Notes: generated from the letters alone by a model not told the origin. DNA of 53,486 bases from an uncultured Bacteroidales bacterium (GCA_947165345.1 CAMVAA010000001.1:1-53486), one strand, 5' to 3'. Positions 1 to 7,595 are shown, counted from the stretch's first letter. A program made the numbers and translations.

Positions 1-56
1 ACGTCCAGCAGGCCCTCCTCAAAGCCTACGAGGAAGCCGCCAACGAGGAAGAGTAA
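1..56 (+). CDS. 3' end of an upstream CDS running off the window edge; product unknown
   Basis: Open frame from nt 3 to TAA at 54-56 (..VQQALLKAYEEAANEEE*). Only 17 codons are visible. The tail sequence recurs at 1178-1228 and 1769-1817. Confidence 0.4.
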   Translation, partial: VQQALLKAYEEAANEEE

Positions 57-64
57 TCAGGAGC

Positions 65-110
65 GCAGGCGTCCCGCCTGCCTCACCGGGTACGCAGGCG
101 TCCCGCCTGC
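65..110. repeat. Two copies of the 17-bp palindrome gcaggcgtcccgcctgc (65-81 and 94-110), immediately after the stop codon
   Basis: Read directly. The same palindrome pair recurs at 1237-1283. Confidence 0.8.
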
Positions 111-124
111 AAAGAAACCCTCAC

Positions 125-163
125 AAGCCGGAAACCCCGAGAGGGACTTCCGGCTTCTCTTTT
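125..163 (+). terminator. Putative intrinsic terminator hairpin
   Basis: aagccggaa (125-133) pairs with ttccggctt (148-156), followed by ctctttt. Confidence 0.5.
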
Positions 164-191
164 GGAAAACCAATTTTAATACCTACTACAA

Positions 192-902
192 ATGAAAAAA
201 ACACTATTGACACTGGCACTGGCCATTATAGCCATGGCCGCAGGGGCGCAAGCTCAAGACAACAACAACTGCAAATGGGTCGTCGGCGGGACGGGCCACT
301 TCAACCAAAGTACCGACAAGACGGGCGACGATGTAACCAACAAGGTGCGCGAATACCGCATTGAGCCTTTCGTTGGCTACAACATCAACGACCGCTGGCG
401 CGTAGGGCTCACCTACGGCTTCTCCCTCGACCACCGATACGAACTCAACGCCTCCGGCCAACTGTTCGACATCGGCACAAAACGCACCTACCGCGTCGGA
501 CCCTACGTCCACTACAACATTGTGAAATACAAACGCTGGATTCTCTTTGCCGAAGCCGAGGCCTTGCTCGGCTACTCACCCAGATACATGAACCCCGGGC
601 CGGGATCCACTCCTGGTGTGGGCGGCGCACCCGCCGTGCCCGGCTCCGGAGCCTACGACGCCAAACTGCAGACCTTCGACCTCACCATCAAGCCCGGAAT
701 CACCTACGAACTCGACAAACACGTGAACATCGACCTTAACCTCAATCTCCTCGGCTGGGTATACAGCAACCGCAAGGAGACACGTCTCGACAACAACGTA
801 GTCTACTCCAACAGCAGCAACGGCCTGCAGCTCGACCTGCTGGAGGGAAGCGTCGCCGAATACTGGAGCAACATCACCATCGGCGTAACCTTCAAATTCT
901 AA
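192..902 (+). CDS. Outer-membrane beta-barrel (porin-family) protein
   Basis: Signal peptide MKKTLLTLALAIIAMAAGAQA, alternating aromatic/Gly beta-strand pattern, and a C-terminal ..GVTFKF ending in Phe as in OMP barrels. Confidence 0.7.
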   Translation: MKKTLLTLALAIIAMAAGAQAQDNNNCKWVVGGTGHFNQSTDKTGDDVTNKVREYRIEPFVGYNINDRWRVGLTYGFSLDHRYELNASGQLFDIGTKRTYRVGPYVHYNIVKYKRWILFAEAEALLGYSPRYMNPGPGSTPGVGGAPAVPGSGAYDAKLQTFDLTIKPGITYELDKHVNIDLNLNLLGWVYSNRKETRLDNNVVYSNSSNGLQLDLLEGSVAEYWSNITIGVTFKF

Positions 903-1177
903 TACCGCACCGTCGGGGCCACCATCATTGAAAGCGAGCCTTGGCAAGGAACCATAGTATATTTGCAATTGAGGACTGACAAGGAAATCGACCCCCGAAA
1001 AGGTGGTGGCAAACCGTACCAATGCAGCGGAACAAGTGTCCTCACCGCCCTCCGTCGCCGCCACTTGGCAATGGCGTAAAAAGAAAAAAGCGGGTTTTGA
1101 TGATATAAACGCCTGTGATGGTTACAGGGATAGCCTTTTGCATACACTACACAAAAACAGTGCTCATAGGCGTACCT

Positions 1178-1286
1178 CTGCAGGCCCTCCTCAAAGCCTA
1201 CGAGGAAACCGCCAACGAGGAAGAGTAACAGGGACCGCAGGCGTCCCCGCCTGCCTCACCGGGACCGCAGGCGTCCCGCCTGCAAA
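1178..1286 (+). repeat. Second copy of the upstream gene tail plus the double palindrome (att-like repeat)
   Basis: ctgcaggccctcctcaaagcctacgaggaaaccgccaacgaggaagagtaa (TAA 1226-1228) followed by palindromes at 1237-1254 and 1267-1283. Near-identical to nt 6-110. No long ORF feeds into it. Confidence 0.85.
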
Positions 1287-1297
1287 CAATCCAAAGC

Positions 1298-1331
1298 AAA
1301 GGGAGCATCCAATCGGATGCTCCCTTTTTTC
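1298..1331. terminator. Hairpin terminator, probably bidirectional
   Basis: aaagggagcatcc / aatc / ggatgctcccttt followed by a T run. It lies 30 nt beyond the stop of the minus-strand ORF 1361-1651. Confidence 0.55.
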
Positions 1332-1360
1332 TGTGGGCTACCCCCCACCCGAAGGGATCA

Positions 1361-1651
1361 TCAGGCGGCCACGGTGTCCGCCACAGGCATTTCTCCAATC
1401 TCGACGGGGTCGTCGGCCGGTTGGTCGACCACCGGTTCCACCTGTTTAACGGAGAGCTTGACAGTGCCGAATCCGAAGGTCTGGAACAGCGCCGTCAGCC
1501 GTTTCAGCCCGCTCTCTTCGGCTTTCTTCAGGATGCCGTAGTCGAGGGCGTTCTGCTCCAGCTGCTGCTTGGCACACTCCTTGAGAGGCTTGGTCAGCTC
1601 GTGGCTCCAGGTGCCCTTCTCATACTCGGTGGTGAAGTCCGACGGGTTCAT
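1361..1651 (-). CDS. Hypothetical 96-aa protein
   Basis: ATG-initiated ORF with host-like GC and plausible composition, and a hairpin just downstream. A TAgaTTTG box lies on the minus strand inside the 86-bp repeat upstream. I recognise no family. Confidence 0.45.
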   Translation of the reverse strand: MNPSDFTTEYEKGTWSHELTKPLKECAKQQLEQNALDYGILKKAEESGLKRLTALFQTFGFGTVKLSVKQVEPVVDQPADDPVEIGEMPVADTVAA

Positions 1652-1666
1652 GATGATGTCGAATAC

Positions 1667-1752
1667 CTCGACGGCAAGAAAATCTTAATTTAGTGCAGAA
1701 TTTTACAATGGACAAATCTATATTTGGTGCAAAATGAGTCATAGAATTATTT
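1667..1752. repeat. 86-bp direct repeat, copy A (left boundary of the AT-rich island)
   Basis: ctcgacggcaagaaaatcttaatttagtgcagaattttacaatggacaaatctatatttggtgcaaaat..atagaattattt aligns with 6287-6372 at an offset of 4620 bp, with about 7 mismatches. It contains TAtaTTTG at 1719-1726. Confidence 0.9.
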
Positions 1753-1768
1753 CATACTTGGTGTAAAA

Positions 1769-1831
1769 GCAGGACCTCCTCAAGGCCGAAGAGGAAGCCG
1801 CCGCCGAGGAAGAGTAACCGCGTGCTCGCGG
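1769..1831 (+). repeat. Third, diverged copy of the gene tail (..KQDLLKAEEEAAAEEE*) plus a short hairpin
   Basis: gcaggacctcctcaaggccgaagaggaagccgccgccgaggaagagtaa, with TAA at 1815-1817. An in-frame stop at 1764 leaves only 16 codons. Hairpin ccgcgtgctcgcgg at 1818-1831. Confidence 0.7.
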
Positions 1832-1872
1832 AGAGCAATAAAGCTACGCAGGCAATATTGTCCGCAAATACA

Positions 1873-1906
1873 AGAGAAGCCTCATCATCGTGGGGCTTCT
1901 CTATTT
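1873..1906 (+). terminator. Putative terminator hairpin
   Basis: agagaagcc (1873-1881) pairs with ggcttctct (1894-1902), followed by atttg. Confidence 0.4.
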
Positions 1907-2009
1907 GTTATACACAATAAACTGGTGCCGTTTTCGTTATAAAAGCGAATACATTTCGTGCAATTCAATGGAAAATTCCAAATGATTAATATGTAGAAAA
2001 ACTGACAAA

Positions 2010-3215
2010 ATGATAGAACTCAAAATCCCTTCAGAGGCAATTGATAGTGTTTTTTCTTCATTTAGTATATATGGGGAGAGACATGAGATACCGATTGAGT
2101 GGTGGCCTAATGGTTTGCAATCTTCCGAGAGGTATTTGGAAACAGACTTTCTAGTTATTAAATCAGTCCATAAAGATGAGGAAATGTTCAAAATAGAGGA
2201 CAAATTAGTGAGGTCTCCTTTTGATGGATATGTTCTCATTGATAATGATAGTTCTTTATACAATTACAATAAAAAAAATACAAGAGTATACACAAAAGAT
2301 GAGGCGGAAAAAATAGTAATAGGCATTGTTTGTGAAAAAATTGAAGAAGCAATAAAGTGTTTGGTAGGTCCAATAGATTGCACTCTTACTGTTGATCCAT
2401 TTACACAAAAACATCAAATCAACGGAACATTTAAAGGGTATTTGTGGAAGTGGTTTAGACATAATTTCCCTACACCAATGTATATGTATGAAGATAGTTT
2501 TATGTGGGTTGAGATAGCTTACGACTTATTTCTGTGTTTTGAATTTAAAGAAGACATGGGAATTATTTCTTTTGATACTGCAGGATATCGGAATAACAAG
2601 CGGCATATTCATAAAGGAGACACCATTTCATTACTATTAAACAACGGGGGGATAATTGACTACACATTGAATAAGAAAGCGCTGGAAAAACACCGGTATT
2701 GCTTTACGTTATACCAAGATGATATTGATGCACTTTTGAACAATCGAATTGTATCATGCCGAATAACATTTGCTGATGAGGAAAGACCGCCTTTGGATTT
2801 GGATTTTGAGAACACTGTTATGGGCGATTATGCACATGATGCTATTCGCTATTATTTGCAAACATATCTTGACGAAGTACACAGGCTTGTCCCATCCTAT
2901 AAATTTCCTGTGCGTAAAGTCAAAAGAACACGCACTGAGTTTGGATTTAACGGGTGTTATGTGTACCTAATGCAAGACACCACCAATGGATATTATAAGA
3001 TAGGCATTTCGAACACACCAGAATACAGGGAAAAGACATTGCAAAGTGAGAAACCCACAATTGAATTGTTAGCTTCAACGAAATATCCCACCCGTAAAAT
3101 AGCTGAAGCAATAGAATCTGCTTTGCACACTGCCTATAGTCAACAACGTCTCCGTGGAGAATGGTTCAAGTTGGATGATGTAGATGTTGCTGCAATAATT
3201 GAGACATTGAAATAA
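2010..3215 (+). CDS. Protein with an unknown ~310-aa N-terminal region and a C-terminal T5orf172/MUG113 (GIY-YIG-like) domain
   Basis: 401-aa ORF in the AT-rich island. The last ~87 aa (nt 2952-3212), GCYVYLMQDTTNGYYKIGISNTPEYREKTL...AIESALHTAY..LRGEWFKL, follow the T5orf172 pattern (G.vY.l...g..KIG.t....R...l....E..lH......gEWF) as I remember it. Confidence 0.7.
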   Translation: MIELKIPSEAIDSVFSSFSIYGERHEIPIEWWPNGLQSSERYLETDFLVIKSVHKDEEMFKIEDKLVRSPFDGYVLIDNDSSLYNYNKKNTRVYTKDEAEKIVIGIVCEKIEEAIKCLVGPIDCTLTVDPFTQKHQINGTFKGYLWKWFRHNFPTPMYMYEDSFMWVEIAYDLFLCFEFKEDMGIISFDTAGYRNNKRHIHKGDTISLLLNNGGIIDYTLNKKALEKHRYCFTLYQDDIDALLNNRIVSCRITFADEERPPLDLDFENTVMGDYAHDAIRYYLQTYLDEVHRLVPSYKFPVRKVKRTRTEFGFNGCYVYLMQDTTNGYYKIGISNTPEYREKTLQSEKPTIELLASTKYPTRKIAEAIESALHTAYSQQRLRGEWFKLDDVDVAAIIETLK

Positions 3216-3229
3216 ATATTGTACTATAC

Positions 3230-4549
3230 ATGAAAAAGTTTACATTGTTTTTCTCTTGGCAATCTGATGATAATGAAACCAAGAAGATAATAACAAATGC
3301 AATACAAAAGGCTGTACATAATATCAAGATTTATCATCGGTATTCCATTAATGTAGAAGAATCAACCAGCAACATTTCGGGCTCTCCACAGATTGTTGAA
3401 ACCATTCTTGACAAGATTGATTCATGTGATATATTTCTTGCAGATGTCACACCGGTATGTTCTTATCAAAAACCATTCGGGAATGGCTTATCAACTATAA
3501 AACAAGTGCCAAATCCAAACGTATTAATGGAACTGGGCTATGCCATGAGCGCAGTTGGGATGCATTATACTATTTGTGTTGCCCATCAAGGGAAATGGAA
3601 TTCCAACGACCTTCCTTTTGATATAAATCATAATAGAATATATCAGTTTACATCATCAAATTGTGATTTATCGGACAGAATTATTGAGGTAATAAAATAC
3701 ATTGAGAAGCATGGGAAACACAGACACAAGGCGACCCTGTATTTGATACATAGATACAACTTACTTTGGGGGAAGATAAAAGATAAGTTCTCAAAAAGTA
3801 ACAAAACTCCTAATGAATATGCCTTTGCAGACCCCATTATCTATTTCAACGAACGCATGGGTAAAGCATTTCATGGAAAGAGAGGTCTTGTTACATATAC
3901 CAAAGCAAGAGATATACGGCGATGTCTCGATAACTTATTCTCTTCTCCTTTAAAATTAAAAAAAATAGAAAGTGAGTATGGAAGTTCTTTTTCAATATTA
4001 TGGTGGTACCGAGGCTCTCTCTCTTCTAATATCGAAAAATATAGACATCTTGGAGGACGGCACTTCCTTATTCAAACCATGGAACTGAACATACGGAAAA
4101 TAGTTGCTTATGTAGACCCTTCTGGTAGATATTATGGACAATATATATATGTGGAGACATACCCTGATAATCCGACAGGTCTTTATCCTTCCCATACTAA
4201 GAGTCACATTGAAGAATGGAGAAAAGAGCATGGTTACTATTCAGAAGAATATGGTGTATTTAGGATACTACATCTATTTTGGAAGAAGGTAACGAGCAAC
4301 GAATATGATGATGGACATACAAGATTTCTAGGGAAATTAATTTCTCCGGCACGTAAAGACCAAGAATTACGCGAACGCTTCCTTACTCCATTTAATTTTA
4401 TTATCACATCACCACATTCATCAATAAACTGTCGTCAGTTTGCAGAGTCAGATGATTACTTTAACAGCCTTCTCAAAACGGAAATGACGATTGAACAGTT
4501 TAATGACTATCTAAAAAGCTTCCCCAAACCAGAGGATAGATATTTCTGA
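3230..4549 (+). CDS. Protein with an N-terminal TIR-like / nucleoside 2-deoxyribosyltransferase-like domain and an unknown ~290-aa C-terminal region
   Basis: 439-aa ORF starting 14 nt after the previous stop. The first ~140 aa show strand FTLFFSWQSD, strand+Asp CDIFLADVT, then NPNVLMELGYA (Glu101, nt 3530-3532) and LPFDI. This is the Rossmann-like TIR/NDT motif layout. The rest has no motif I recognise. Confidence 0.6.
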   Translation: MKKFTLFFSWQSDDNETKKIITNAIQKAVHNIKIYHRYSINVEESTSNISGSPQIVETILDKIDSCDIFLADVTPVCSYQKPFGNGLSTIKQVPNPNVLMELGYAMSAVGMHYTICVAHQGKWNSNDLPFDINHNRIYQFTSSNCDLSDRIIEVIKYIEKHGKHRHKATLYLIHRYNLLWGKIKDKFSKSNKTPNEYAFADPIIYFNERMGKAFHGKRGLVTYTKARDIRRCLDNLFSSPLKLKKIESEYGSSFSILWWYRGSLSSNIEKYRHLGGRHFLIQTMELNIRKIVAYVDPSGRYYGQYIYVETYPDNPTGLYPSHTKSHIEEWRKEHGYYSEEYGVFRILHLFWKKVTSNEYDDGHTRFLGKLISPARKDQELRERFLTPFNFIITSPHSSINCRQFAESDDYFNSLLKTEMTIEQFNDYLKSFPKPEDRYF

Positions 4550-4604
4550 CATTTTTATCGCAAACATACATACAAGATTGGAATAATAGAGTAACCTAAA
4601 AACC

Positions 4605-5648
4605 ATGTTAATAGAAATCTCACATATCAACGAGTCCGAGTATAACGAAATTCTGCAACAGGCTGTTGCAGTTTTTGACAGCGCACGTGTAACAGCGGCC
4701 AAAAGTTTTAGTACAATATCAAATATGGCATACTGGAGCATGGGGAAACTGCTTAACGAGCGGAAACTGGAAGGTAAATACGGTGACGGTGTGGTAAATA
4801 GGCTTTCCGTCGACCTTAAACAGCACTTCCCCAATATGGGTACATCGCCTCGTAACCTATGGGACATGAAACGTTTCTATGAACGTTTTTGCCGCAGTAA
4901 CGAAAAACTGCGACAGGCTGTCGCAGTTTTGCCTTGGGGACACATACTCAGGCTGATGAGTAAGTTTGACAAGGACGATGATGCAATTCTATACTATGCC
5001 ACCGAGACCGTAGCCAAAGGATGGAACCGCGACCTTCTATTGAACGCCATAAAGATGCAAATGCACCTGACCCATCAGACGACAGCCATTAGCAACAACT
5101 TCGCCACTGCCTTGCCCGCTTCTCAAGCGATGTATGCCAATGAAGTGTTCCGCAGCGGATATAATCTCGGCTTTCTTGGAGTCACAGAGCCTGTTGCCGA
5201 ATTGGAATTGGAGCGTCGCTTGGTGGAGAAAGTAAAACTGTTTCTACTCGAATTGGGAAAAGGGTTTACATTCATTGGCGACCAGTATATCATCGAGTAC
5301 AACGGCAAGGAAAGTCGCATAGACATGCTTTTCTACCATCGTGGGCTGCGCTGCCTGGTTGCCTTTGAACTGAAGATTGGCAAGTTTATGCCGGAATATG
5401 CAGGCAAGATGAATTACTACCTGTCTGTTCTCGACCGAACGGAACGTCAAGAAGGAGAGAACCCGTCCATCGGCATTATCCTATGTGCCGAAAAAGACAA
5501 CGTGGATGTAGAACTTGCTCTCGAAGGTGTGACAAAACCCATCGGGGTTGCCGACTATCACCTTTTAATTCCAAAAGCAGAACTGCAAAAGGTAGTAACA
5601 GACGAAATTGCCTTGTACGAGAAAGAACGTATAACAGAAGGAGATTGA
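4605..5648 (+). CDS. DUF1016 (YhcG-family) PD-(D/E)xK nuclease domain protein
   Basis: The N-terminus ..AVAVFDSARVTAAKSFSTISNMAYWSMGKLLNE..YGDGVVNRLSVDLKQHFPNMGTSPRNLWDMKRFYERF is typical of YhcG/DUF1016. The C-terminal core is IDMLFYH..LRCLVAFELKIGKF (D..ExK). Confidence 0.8.
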   Translation: MLIEISHINESEYNEILQQAVAVFDSARVTAAKSFSTISNMAYWSMGKLLNERKLEGKYGDGVVNRLSVDLKQHFPNMGTSPRNLWDMKRFYERFCRSNEKLRQAVAVLPWGHILRLMSKFDKDDDAILYYATETVAKGWNRDLLLNAIKMQMHLTHQTTAISNNFATALPASQAMYANEVFRSGYNLGFLGVTEPVAELELERRLVEKVKLFLLELGKGFTFIGDQYIIEYNGKESRIDMLFYHRGLRCLVAFELKIGKFMPEYAGKMNYYLSVLDRTERQEGENPSIGIILCAEKDNVDVELALEGVTKPIGVADYHLLIPKAELQKVVTDEIALYEKERITEGD

Positions 5649-5887
5649 CAAGCCGACATCGTCGGCGGACCGCCGAAGGATCACCGAAGGGTCATGAGAC
5701 TAAGGGTTGAGAATGAACGTCTTGCATTGCGCAAGAGTATAATTCCGCTTTTTGTTGGTTATCAATAGATTGCAGCCGTTTCAAAGAAGGCGCAAAGAAC
5801 CCACATAGAGGGCACAAAGAATCCTTGTATGGTTATGCAATAAACTGGAGGATTATACCGTTGTGGTAACCGACTAAATAAGCAACT

Positions 5888-6019
5888 ATGAAATTCTTGA
5901 AATGGCTGGGGTTTGACCCCGAAAAGCATAGCGTCAGGACGGAGATTCTCGCCGGGCTGCTCTTGTCGTCCTCTGTCAGACATATTTGTCACCCACAGAC
6001 TCAAGTCTGGAGTCCGTGA
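5888..6019 (+). pseudogene. Possible 5' fragment of an NCS2/AzgA-type purine permease gene
   Basis: MKFLKWLGFDPEKHSVRTEILAGL resembles the conserved N-terminus (..T.VRTEi.AGlTTF..) of AzgA-family permeases. Similarity is then lost and a stop follows after 43 codons. Confidence 0.25.
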
Positions 6020-6286
6020 GATAATTGAAATGCCAAATACAGATAGAAGAATGCCTCGGGATTGGACTTCTTTAATTTGTTGAGTTTTGTGTACTCATAG
6101 TCGGTAAATAGCCAATCTGTCATCCTCTCCCAATGCCGAATGTGTGCATTTTGCTTTATTTGACAGTGCAAAGATACACATATTTTGGGGAACAACAATA
6201 AGTTCATTCTCAAAATAAAAAATGGACGTAGGCATGATTTAAGAATAAATGCGAATAGCTATTAAAAAAAGTTTGTTTTCTTACGA

Positions 6287-6372
6287 CTCGACAGCAAGAA
6301 AATCTTAATTTAGTGCAGAATTTCACAATGGACAAATCTATATTTGGTGCAAAATATATTATAGAATTATTT
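6287..6372. repeat. 86-bp direct repeat, copy B (right boundary of the AT-rich island)
   Basis: Aligns with 1667-1752. It contains TAtaTTTG at 6339-6346. Confidence 0.9.
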
Positions 6373-6508
6373 TGCGCCCCTGCTTTTCATTGATTTTCCA
6401 CAGGTTACCCGACAGCAACCCGATGAATCACGATTCCCAAAGCCCCTCGACTTCGGGTCGTGGCAAATATTTTTTTCATGTCGTAGGGGCGGAATTGGAT
6501 TTTTTGTG

Positions 6509-6516
6509 TACTTTTG
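6509..6516 (+). promoter_or_regulatory. Candidate Bacteroidota -7 box (TActTTTG) upstream of the LRR gene
   Basis: tacttttg lies 33 nt upstream of the ATG at 6549. There is no clean -33 TTTG at the expected spacing. Confidence 0.35.
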
Positions 6517-6548
6517 CAGCGAAAAATAATAACAAAATTGTTAAACAC

Positions 6549-7595
6549 ATGAAGAAAACATTATTCTTTTTGGCAGCTGCGACATTCGCCGCTGCGGGAA
6601 TGGCACAAGCGCCCACTTTCGAGGTGACGACACAGAACGGAGCGGTGTTGCTCATGTCGGTCGTCGACGGGGCAGCCACCGTCACCGGGGGCAAGCTGAC
6701 CACCGGGACAGAGTGCAACCTGGGCGACCTGGTGATACCCGCCACGGTGGAACACGACGGAAACACAGTGCCCGTGACGACCATCGGAGCGGCAGCATTC
6801 AACCACGACACGATGACGTCGGTAGTGATACCCAGTTCGGTGACGAGCATCAAGATGTCCGCCTTCCGCCAGGTGGAGGGACTGCAGAGCGTGACCATCC
6901 CCAACTCGGTGACGGAGTTGGGCCGGATGGCCTTCCTGCAGTGCGCCAGCCTGACGAGCGTGACCCTCTCCGAGGCGCTGACGGAGATTCCAATGAACGC
7001 CTTCTACCAGTGCAACCTGTCGTCGGTGACAATACCGAACAGCGTCACCACCATCAGTGACTTTGCCTTCGACGCCAACGGCAACATCACCAACATCACC
7101 ATCGGCTCCGGCGTCGACTCTATCGGAGAGCAGGCCTTCTTCGACAACAGCAACCTCGACATGGTGACCGTGCTCTGCACCGAGGTGCCGCGCACCGGCG
7201 CCCGCGCCTTCACCGGCAGCGAGAACACTCTGACGTCGGTAGTGGTGCCGTGCGGCACGGCCGACGCCTACCGCGCCAACGAGGAATGGGGCAAGTTTGC
7301 CCGCATCCGCGAGAACTGCGGCGGCGACAACCCAGGCGAGGAACCCGGCGAAGAGCCCGGCGGCAACGAAGGCATCGCCACGACCGACATGTCCGCCTTC
7401 AACGCCTATGCCGCAGAGGGCCGCATCGTCGTGGACTGCCCTGTCGCCACAAACGTGCAGGTATTCGCCACCGACGGCCGCAGCGTGGCCACACTGACCG
7501 CCAACGGAAAGAAAGCTATCGAGGTGCCCGCCGCGGGCGTGTATATCGTGAGCTTCGACGGCCGCAAAGCCACCAAGACCGTCGTGGTCAAATAA
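6549..7595 (+). CDS. BspA-type leucine-rich-repeat surface protein with a T9SS C-terminal sorting domain
   Basis: Start set at MKKTLFFLAAATFAAAGMAQA (signal peptide). The track ORF begins at 6372, but that extension looks non-coding. Repeated ..SVTIPNSVT.Ig..AF..C..L.. units indicate LRR_5. The C-terminus ..GRIVVDCPVATNVQVFATDGRSVATL..AGVYIVSFDGRKATKTVVVK is CTD-like. Confidence 0.8.
   Translation: MKKTLFFLAAATFAAAGMAQAPTFEVTTQNGAVLLMSVVDGAATVTGGKLTTGTECNLGDLVIPATVEHDGNTVPVTTIGAAAFNHDTMTSVVIPSSVTSIKMSAFRQVEGLQSVTIPNSVTELGRMAFLQCASLTSVTLSEALTEIPMNAFYQCNLSSVTIPNSVTTISDFAFDANGNITNITIGSGVDSIGEQAFFDNSNLDMVTVLCTEVPRTGARAFTGSENTLTSVVVPCGTADAYRANEEWGKFARIRENCGGDNPGEEPGEEPGGNEGIATTDMSAFNAYAAEGRIVVDCPVATNVQVFATDGRSVATLTANGKKAIEVPAAGVYIVSFDGRKATKTVVVK

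Noticed and set aside
903-1170. Possible small RNA or promoter (TAtaTTTG at 958-965) in the gap after the OMP gene, and the ORFs 899-1147(-) and 1003-1449(+)
   Set aside because: There is no properly spaced -33 box and no convincing structure or conservation signal that I can judge by eye. The ORFs are Arg/Pro-rich and cross repeat copies.
1937-2462. Minus-strand ORFs 1937-2263 and 2256-2462 inside the island
   Set aside because: They overlap the start of the much longer, motif-bearing plus-strand gene and have AT-rich random-looking composition (Ile/Phe/Tyr/Asn/Lys).
1753-6286. Integrase, transposase or tRNA that would define the AT-rich island as a classical mobile element
   Set aside because: None of the six-frame ORFs shows recombinase (R..H..R..Y), DDE or serine-recombinase features, and I could not find a tRNA-like cloverleaf. 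I therefore describe the island only as repeat-bracketed.
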